Notes under the pieces: generated by a model
What the model was told of the DNA's origin: nothing
Databases searched by the model: none
Seen by the model: the letters and a program-made list of their open reading frames with translations, nothing else
Translations under genes and position numbers: made by a program
Part shown: in pieces, positions 9,201 to 15,045 of the stretch
How the letters are laid out: each line of letters begins with the position of its first letter
How positions within the stretch are numbered: the stretch's first letter is position 1
Source: Promethearchaeota archaeon
GTDB lineage: Archaea; Asgardarchaeota; Lokiarchaeia; Sigyniarchaeales; SOKP01
Assembly: GCA_019057865.1 (NCBI GenBank)
Contig: JAHLWP010000062.1
Location: 1 to 15,045 of the forward strand
Length of the DNA stretch: 15,045 nucleotides
Reading direction: 5' to 3'

Positions 9201-9725
9201 TTAATCAATATTCAAAAGTTTTTTAGCTTTATCTAATAATTTTTCTTTTTTCTTTCTATGATTTTCTACGAATTTCAATACTTTCTCTATACATTCTCGT
9301 TTATGATCTCCACACATTAATTCTCCTTTAATACAACTTTCAAAATCGTTAGCCAATTTTTCATCATCTTCCTCAAAAGTATACATTAGCATTTTATAAA
9401 TCATGCATTTTTGAGGTTCTCCACCTAGTTTTTGTTGTTCCTTTTTATTTTTTCTTCCTCCAGTAAGTGCGCCCATAATTTTCTTTTCTATCGATTCTAA
9501 GGGCTCATTAAACGTAAAGTAGCTATTAGGATTTCTTTTGGCCATTTTATCTGAGCCATCTATTCCAGCTAGTAAATAATGGTAAGTTGCACCGGGTATA
9601 AAGTAGCCTTTATAATATCTACGAGTTAAATCTCTTGTAAGTCTTATGTGAGGATCTTGATCAATTCCAACTGGCACTATTGTTGGTTGTGGATTTTCCA
9701 TGATTTGAGGTAATACAATATCACC
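9201..9725 (-). pseudogene. trpS: 5'-truncated tryptophanyl-tRNA synthetase (C-terminal half only; ORF 9201-9701)
   Basis: PVGIDQDPHIRLTRD, KMAKR (KMSKS-loop variant), ALTGGR and GELMCG motifs. Homology continues upstream of the ATG in frame (GDIVLPQI, to 9725), then an in-frame TGA occurs at 9740-9738. No HIGH motif. Confidence 0.85.
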
Positions 9726-9891
9726 ATTATTAATATGTCATATCTTTGTTTAAATGATTTTATAAGATTTTTTTCTCTTATTTGTTTCAAGAATGAAATG
9801 ATTTTAAAGACATCAAGTTTTAAAATCTTCAATATCTAAATAAAAATAAAATATTTACTTATTATAAATAAGAAATAAATTTGATTAATAA

Positions 9892-11055
9892 ATGCCTGAT
9901 TTTATAGTTACTCCATGGGAAGTTAGCGGTGAAGTAGATTATGATCTATTAATAAAAGAGTTTGGAATAGAACCTATTGATGAAAAATTATTGTTTTATT
10001 TTAAGGAGATTACAAATGAGATTCATCCCTTTCTAAGAAGAAAAGTTTTTTTTGCCCATAGAGATTTTCAATGGATTATTGAGGAATATAAAAAAGGAAA
10101 TCCATTTTATCTTTATACGGGAAGAGGTCCTTCAGGAAATGTCCATCTTGGTCATTTATTACCTTGGATTTTTTCAAAATGGCTTCAAGAAAAATTTAAT
10201 GTAGAATTATGGTTCCAATTAACTGATGATGAAAAGTTTTTATTTAATCAATCCATTTCATTAGAAGAAACTCATAAATATGCGTATGATAATGCTTTAG
10301 ATGTTATTGCCTTAGGATTTAATCCAAAGAAGACATATATCTTTTCTGATATTGATCTTGCAGGTACTCTTTATAGAAATGCTCTGAAAATAGCTAAAAA
10401 AATAACCTTCTCTACAGTCAAAGCAACATTCGGTTTAGACAATAGTTCAAACATAGGTCAAATATTTTATACAAGTATTCAAACAGTTCCAGCTATGCTT
10501 AAAAGTATGATAGAGGGAAAAAATGTTCCATGTTTAATCCCTCTTGCTGTAGATCAAGATCCTCATTTTAGATTATCTAGAGATGTTCTACCAAAACTTG
10601 GTTTTTATAAGCCGGCTCTTATTGAATGTGTATTTCTTCCAAACCTTCAACAAGGTGGGAAAATGTCTGCATCAGTAGAAGATACTGCGATCTTCACAAA
10701 AGATAAACCAGATACAGTAAAAAAAAAAGTAAATAATGCATTCACTGGTGGACAAGCAAATGCAAAATTGCAAAGAGAACTAGGGGGAAATCCTTCAGTG
10801 TGTTCTGTTTATAAATACCATTTTATGCTTTTCACTTTAGATGATAATGAACTTAGAAGTATTCAATCAAAATGTATAGGAGGAGAGTTACTTTGTGGAG
10901 AATGTAAAAAAGATTTAATACAAAAGATTAATAAATTCCTTAATGAGCACCAAAAACAGAGAGAAAAGGCAAAAGACATTTTCGAAGATTATTTACTCAA
11001 AGAAAAAGTAGATTTAAAATATTTAATAAATGAAAAAAATAAAGAAACTCATTAA
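9892..11055 (+). CDS. trpS: Tryptophanyl-tRNA synthetase (archaeal/eukaryote-like type), complete
   Basis: VTPWEV, LRRKVFFAHRD, YLYTGRGPSGNVHLGH (HIGH), QLTDDEKFL, VDQDPHFRLSRD, KMSAS and AFTGG motifs. Confidence 0.98.
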   Translation: MPDFIVTPWEVSGEVDYDLLIKEFGIEPIDEKLLFYFKEITNEIHPFLRRKVFFAHRDFQWIIEEYKKGNPFYLYTGRGPSGNVHLGHLLPWIFSKWLQEKFNVELWFQLTDDEKFLFNQSISLEETHKYAYDNALDVIALGFNPKKTYIFSDIDLAGTLYRNALKIAKKITFSTVKATFGLDNSSNIGQIFYTSIQTVPAMLKSMIEGKNVPCLIPLAVDQDPHFRLSRDVLPKLGFYKPALIECVFLPNLQQGGKMSASVEDTAIFTKDKPDTVKKKVNNAFTGGQANAKLQRELGGNPSVCSVYKYHFMLFTLDDNELRSIQSKCIGGELLCGECKKDLIQKINKFLNEHQKQREKAKDIFEDYLLKEKVDLKYLINEKNKETH

Positions 11056-11058
11056 ATA

Positions 11059-14000
11059 TTAAAGGAGTCTATAGTAATTTTTAAAATGGTTTATTAAAGA
11101 AATAAATTCTCTTCCCTTTTCTGTTAAAATAAACCTAGTAGGAGTAGGAGCCAAACCAATTTTAATTTCAATAGATTGTTTTAGTAGCTCGCTCTCTTTC
11201 TTAAAAAAGCTATGAATAGTAGACGGATTAAATCCTGTAAAGTTTGCTATGTCAGATATGGTAACTTCATGTTTTAACTTTGAAATTTCAAAAATTGCCG
11301 TTAAATATCTTTCGAAAGTTTCATTTATATATAATGGCTTTTTTAAAGGGTCTTTTATTAATACATCACTAAGATTATCCATTGGAGTGAATTTGCGATG
11401 AGCGGAATTGTAATCTTCTTGAATTTTTTTTACTATATTTTTATCTTCATAAATATCATCTAACAAATGAATAAGTTTATATTGAATAACAGTATGACAA
11501 TTAGAACAAATGTACCCTCCTTTTTCTTGTATCAGGATTTTGATAATCTCAGAGCAAGAATAAGTATCATATAATTCATGAGCTTTAATATTTTGTGAAT
11601 CTTCATTTAGATGATGATAATCAAATGCAGATAAATCTTCCCTAATATTAAATTCTTCACAAATATGACAATATTCTCCATAAAATCTTTCTATAATATA
11701 TCTTTTCTTTATTTTTCTAAGCATATTTTTCTTTTTAGCAGCCTTTTCATTTGGAGATAAATCTTTAGTTAGTCTGAAATTATTTATTGAAACCCTAACA
11801 AGTAAATGAATCATTTCAGCAGGAAAAGAAAAAAGATCCTTCCAATTAACAATATAATCAAATTCATCATTAAAATGTAATCTTCTATGATGATTTCTAC
11901 ATAAGAGAATTATTCCTTCTGATTCCAATAAATTGATCAAATCTTCTAATACATTTGGATTGCCACGATTTTTATTAAATAATAAATATAAATTATCTGA
12001 TTTGAACTTATTCTCTTTTTCAGCAGAATCATGGTGGCAATCCAAAGCTTTTAATCTGTGATTTTTTAAATTAATTTCCAATCCTTCTTTAACACACTCT
12101 GGGCATTTAATAAGGTCACCATCAAAATATCTTCCATTATAAATATTTTTTAGTACATATAATTTTAATTTATTTGCGATAATTCTTCTATATTCTCTAT
12201 CTCTCTTTTCTTTTTCTTTTTTAGGAAGCTTCTCACGACTCCCCCAGCGAATTGGGAAAAAAGTAGGAAACTTTTCTTTTAAAGTGTTAAAAATGTTATT
12301 AATTGAATTATACAATTTCCCTTTTTGTAATAAATTAATATTTCTCTCTCTTAAATATTCTACCAAAGGATTTAATGAAAGAAGCGCGCCAATTTTTTTA
12401 TGTGTGATACTTGAAATAATAAGGCTTCTTACTATTTCAACCAAATCAGAAAAATATTTTTCAAATTTTTCTTGTTTGTAAATTATAATTTCACAGAGCA
12501 TCTTGATATCTTTTTGAGACAGTTGTGGGGGAAGGTTTACATTCATTAAAATATTATTTTTCAAAATTGTAACCATATCAGATGTCTTAATATCAATATC
12601 CTTTAAAATATCAAAAAAATATAAAGAAATGAAATTTTTAATTCTTCCAAGTTTATATTCCGAAAGAAGAAATTCTGTTTTTGGGTATGAATCTTTAAAA
12701 TACTTTCTATAATAATAACCCAGATTGCTTGGATTTACATTCGCGATTTTGCTTATTTTAGTAATAGAAATTCTTGGCATATTTTTATTTGAAATAATGG
12801 TAGTATAAATGATGCTAGTAGCAATTAATCTAAAATTAATATTTGTAGAGATAGAAATTTCCTTTTTCTTTACTCTTGAAATAAATTCACTTAATATCTC
12901 TTGAGATTTTGACCATATGAACTCTTTTTGGTCTTGTGAAGCTTCAATTAAATTATTTAAATTTTTTAAATGTTCTGTTACTTTTTGCTTAAAATGAGTT
13001 ATATTGGGAGGTGGTACAGCAGCAATCTCGTTAATTTTCTTTTTATGTCTCATGTATAATGCATTTTCTCTTTGATTTAATTTCTTCTTATAATTTATTA
13101 ACCCCACTGATTTTATTGGTGAAATATTATAAACTAATTTTCGAATGTACTTAGCATGAAGTTGTTTAAATTTAGATATATTTTTTGAGTGTTGTTTTAA
13201 GACTTCATATTTTTTGGACAGATGTCTGAGAAATTTATATTTTATTTCATTAATAAGCGCGGGATTCCACCAATGATGTTCTTGATAATACGCTTTAAAT
13301 CCGCTTATATTCAAATATAAATGTAAGTGAATAGGGCTTATATTTAATAGTTTGTTTATAATGAAATTCAACACTTCTTTATTTTTTTCAGTTAATTCTC
13401 CTTTTTCATATCTTTTATATAATTCTTCTAATTTTTCATATTCTTGAAAATTTTGAAGTATCTCTTTCAAAACTACTTTAAGTTCAGAGCTGAGCTCTTC
13501 TTCGTTAGATCCTTCTATCCACTTTTTAAGTTTCTTTCGCCATTCCTCCTCTTCTTGTTCTTTCTCTTCTAACTCTTTAGTTTTTAATTCTTGTCTTTCT
13601 AGCCATTGGCTAAATCCTTTTGTTTCTTTTCCAGCATAAATTGGTCTTTTACCAGTTTCTTGGCGATATAATTGCTGAAGCTTTTCATATTCTTCTTCTT
13701 CAGATTCTTTACTCTCTAGCTTGTCTTCTTTCTCAATGGATTCGTTGATTCTTTCGTGATATGGTTCCACATCATCAGTTTCTATATCATTTAATTCTGT
13801 TTTGATCTCTTCTTCTGCTTCTTTTTTTTCCACTTCTTCATGAGTTTTTCTATTGTCATCGTTATCATAAACAGAGATTTGTTTAATCTGTTCCTGTTCT
13901 TTTAGATCTGAGTTTATTTCATCAGTTCCAGCTTGTTCGATTCTAAGTTCTTCACTCACATCTTTTTCTTGTTCATTTTGTTGTTTTTCTTCTATTTCAT

Positions 14001-15045
14001 TTAAGAAGAAATCCTTCGCAATTTCTTCCACCTGCTCGTCTATTTCTTCTTGAGATTTTCCTTGTTGGTGTAATTTTTCTTCAGTATTTAAAAAATATTC
14101 TATTGCATCTACCCTATCAATCTCTTCTCTTACATCATCGTCATCCTCTTCATCTTCGTGGTCGATTAATTTTAATTTTTCTTGTTGTTCATAGAGCTTT
14201 TCAACACTTTTTAACATTTTATAAGTTTCTTCTGCCTCCTGCATTAAATTACTGATCTCTTCAGAACTCTTACCTTCTTGTTCATACTGTTCATATTTTT
14301 CCCAGAGATAATCAAACTCTTCTGGCTCTATCTCTGCTTCTTTAGGTATTTTATCAACATCTCCCTCTTGTTCATCACCAGAAAACATTTCCTCAATATG
14401 CTCTTCCTTCTGTTTTTCAGTAATTTCTTTCTCTTGTTCCTCTAATTCTTGGGCCTCTTCCTTTTCTTCTTTATTACTATTTCTTTCTTTAATTTCCCTA
14501 TAAGCTTGCTCTGCATTAAAAGCAGTATTATCATTTTCTTCTTCAGGATAGCCTAACTTCTCATCATATTCTTTCAGCATGCGCCCCAATTCTTCCATAT
14601 CCCTAACAAATTCTATCTCTTCGGTATCAATAATAGGATCTTGGTCATTTTCGTATTCTTCTGGATCTATCTCTATTGCTTCTTCCTCATTCTCTAGGTA
14701 CTCCTCTTCCTCCTCAGTATATTCCTCACTTTCAGCTTGAAGTTCTTCCTGATTTTCTCCTTCTATTTCGAGATTTTCATGCATTAATACAGTACTTTGA
14801 GAGCCAATATTTTCATATTCCTCTTCCATCTCATTAAATTGCTCATCAAACTCCTTATCAAGCTCCTCATCTGTTAATTCTCCCATCTCATGAAATCCAG
14901 AATTAAACCCCCCATCAATCTCATCTGTTAATTCTTCCATCTCATGAAATCCGGAATTAAACCCCTCATCAGTCTCATCTGCTAACTCTTCCATCTCATG
15001 AAATCCACTATTAAATTCCTCATCAGTCTCATCTGCTAATTCTCC
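11059..15045 (-). CDS. Giant multidomain protein (>1328 aa, 5'-partial): 18-aa repeats, acidic region, TFIIB-like cyclin fold, two HNH-like modules, winged HTH
   Basis: The frame stays open from 14994 to the window end (GELADETDEEFNSGFHE precedes the track's Met), so the true start lies outside the window. Domain calls come from motifs described in the findings. Confidence 0.85.
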   Translation of the reverse strand, partial: GELADETDEEFNSGFHEMEELADETDEGFNSGFHEMEELTDEIDGGFNSGFHEMGELTDEELDKEFDEQFNEMEEEYENIGSQSTVLMHENLEIEGENQEELQAESEEYTEEEEEYLENEEEAIEIDPEEYENDQDPIIDTEEIEFVRDMEELGRMLKEYDEKLGYPEEENDNTAFNAEQAYREIKERNSNKEEKEEAQELEEQEKEITEKQKEEHIEEMFSGDEQEGDVDKIPKEAEIEPEEFDYLWEKYEQYEQEGKSSEEISNLMQEAEETYKMLKSVEKLYEQQEKLKLIDHEDEEDDDDVREEIDRVDAIEYFLNTEEKLHQQGKSQEEIDEQVEEIAKDFFLNEIEEKQQNEQEKDVSEELRIEQAGTDEINSDLKEQEQIKQISVYDNDDNRKTHEEVEKKEAEEEIKTELNDIETDDVEPYHERINESIEKEDKLESKESEEEEYEKLQQLYRQETGKRPIYAGKETKGFSQWLERQELKTKELEEKEQEEEEWRKKLKKWIEGSNEEELSSELKVVLKEILQNFQEYEKLEELYKRYEKGELTEKNKEVLNFIINKLLNISPIHLHLYLNISGFKAYYQEHHWWNPALINEIKYKFLRHLSKKYEVLKQHSKNISKFKQLHAKYIRKLVYNISPIKSVGLINYKKKLNQRENALYMRHKKKINEIAAVPPPNITHFKQKVTEHLKNLNNLIEASQDQKEFIWSKSQEILSEFISRVKKKEISISTNINFRLIATSIIYTTIISNKNMPRISITKISKIANVNPSNLGYYYRKYFKDSYPKTEFLLSEYKLGRIKNFISLYFFDILKDIDIKTSDMVTILKNNILMNVNLPPQLSQKDIKMLCEIIIYKQEKFEKYFSDLVEIVRSLIISSITHKKIGALLSLNPLVEYLRERNINLLQKGKLYNSINNIFNTLKEKFPTFFPIRWGSREKLPKKEKEKRDREYRRIIANKLKLYVLKNIYNGRYFDGDLIKCPECVKEGLEINLKNHRLKALDCHHDSAEKENKFKSDNLYLLFNKNRGNPNVLEDLINLLESEGIILLCRNHHRRLHFNDEFDYIVNWKDLFSFPAEMIHLLVRVSINNFRLTKDLSPNEKAAKKKNMLRKIKKRYIIERFYGEYCHICEEFNIREDLSAFDYHHLNEDSQNIKAHELYDTYSCSEIIKILIQEKGGYICSNCHTVIQYKLIHLLDDIYEDKNIVKKIQEDYNSAHRKFTPMDNLSDVLIKDPLKKPLYINETFERYLTAIFEISKLKHEVTISDIANFTGFNPSTIHSFFKKESELLKQSIEIKIGLAPTPTRFILTEKGREFISLINHFKNYYRLL
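14866..15045. repeat. 54-bp coding tandem repeat (at least 3.3 copies, runs off the right edge)
   Basis: Units start at 14866, 14920, 14974 and 15028 (ctcatctg[t/c]taa...) and encode M(E/G)EL(A/T)DE(T/I)D(E/G)(E/G)FNSGFHE on the minus strand. Confidence 0.96.

Noticed and set aside
9726-9891. TGA readthrough or frameshift restoring a full second TrpRS
   Set aside because: There is too little space for the missing N-terminal half, and I saw no TrpRS-like sequence upstream of 9725.
12284-12481. 65-aa plus-strand ORF, considered as a possible immunity/antitoxin gene
   Set aside because: Entirely antisense within the giant gene, with shadow-like composition and no supporting signal.
14866-15045. 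Repeat array as a CRISPR
   Set aside because: Units are contiguous with no unique spacers, are a multiple of 3 in length, and are in frame with a protein.
11056-15045. Giant gene as part of a transposon or intron
   Set aside because: No transposase, integrase, terminal repeats or target duplication is visible at the left boundary (3 nt from the trpS stop), and the other boundary is outside the window.

Overview
Very AT-rich archaeal chromosomal segment. The gene content points to an Asgard archaeon, most likely Lokiarchaeia: three different small-GTPase folds (including a Rag/Arf-like GTPase fused to a roadblock/longin-like domain), an archaeal coiled-coil protein, TrmI, archaeal-type GlyA and TrpRS. 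The taxonomic call is an inference. Left to right: the 5' end of glyA (missed by the ORF track); a 104-bp tandem duplication; a degenerate, truncated MglA-like GTPase; a PEMT/ICMT-like membrane protein; a COG1340-like coiled-coil protein; trmI; a stand-alone tRNA-binding OB-fold protein; a hypothetical gene; a probable Rab-like pseudo-GTPase with a Cys-rich C-terminal domain, coupled to yjbQ; a small hypothetical gene; the Rag/Arf-like GTPase; an iron-sulfur flavoprotein; a 5'-truncated trpS back-to-back with a complete trpS of a different subtype; and a giant protein (>1328 aa, start outside the window). The giant protein comprises 18-aa tandem repeats, a long acidic region, a TFIIB-like cyclin fold, two tandem HNH-like Zn modules and a DtxR-like winged HTH. 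The best novelty candidates are this giant protein, the pseudo-Rab and the trpS pair. No rRNA, tRNA, CRISPR array or transposase was recognised. All calls come from reading motifs by eye; no searches were run.
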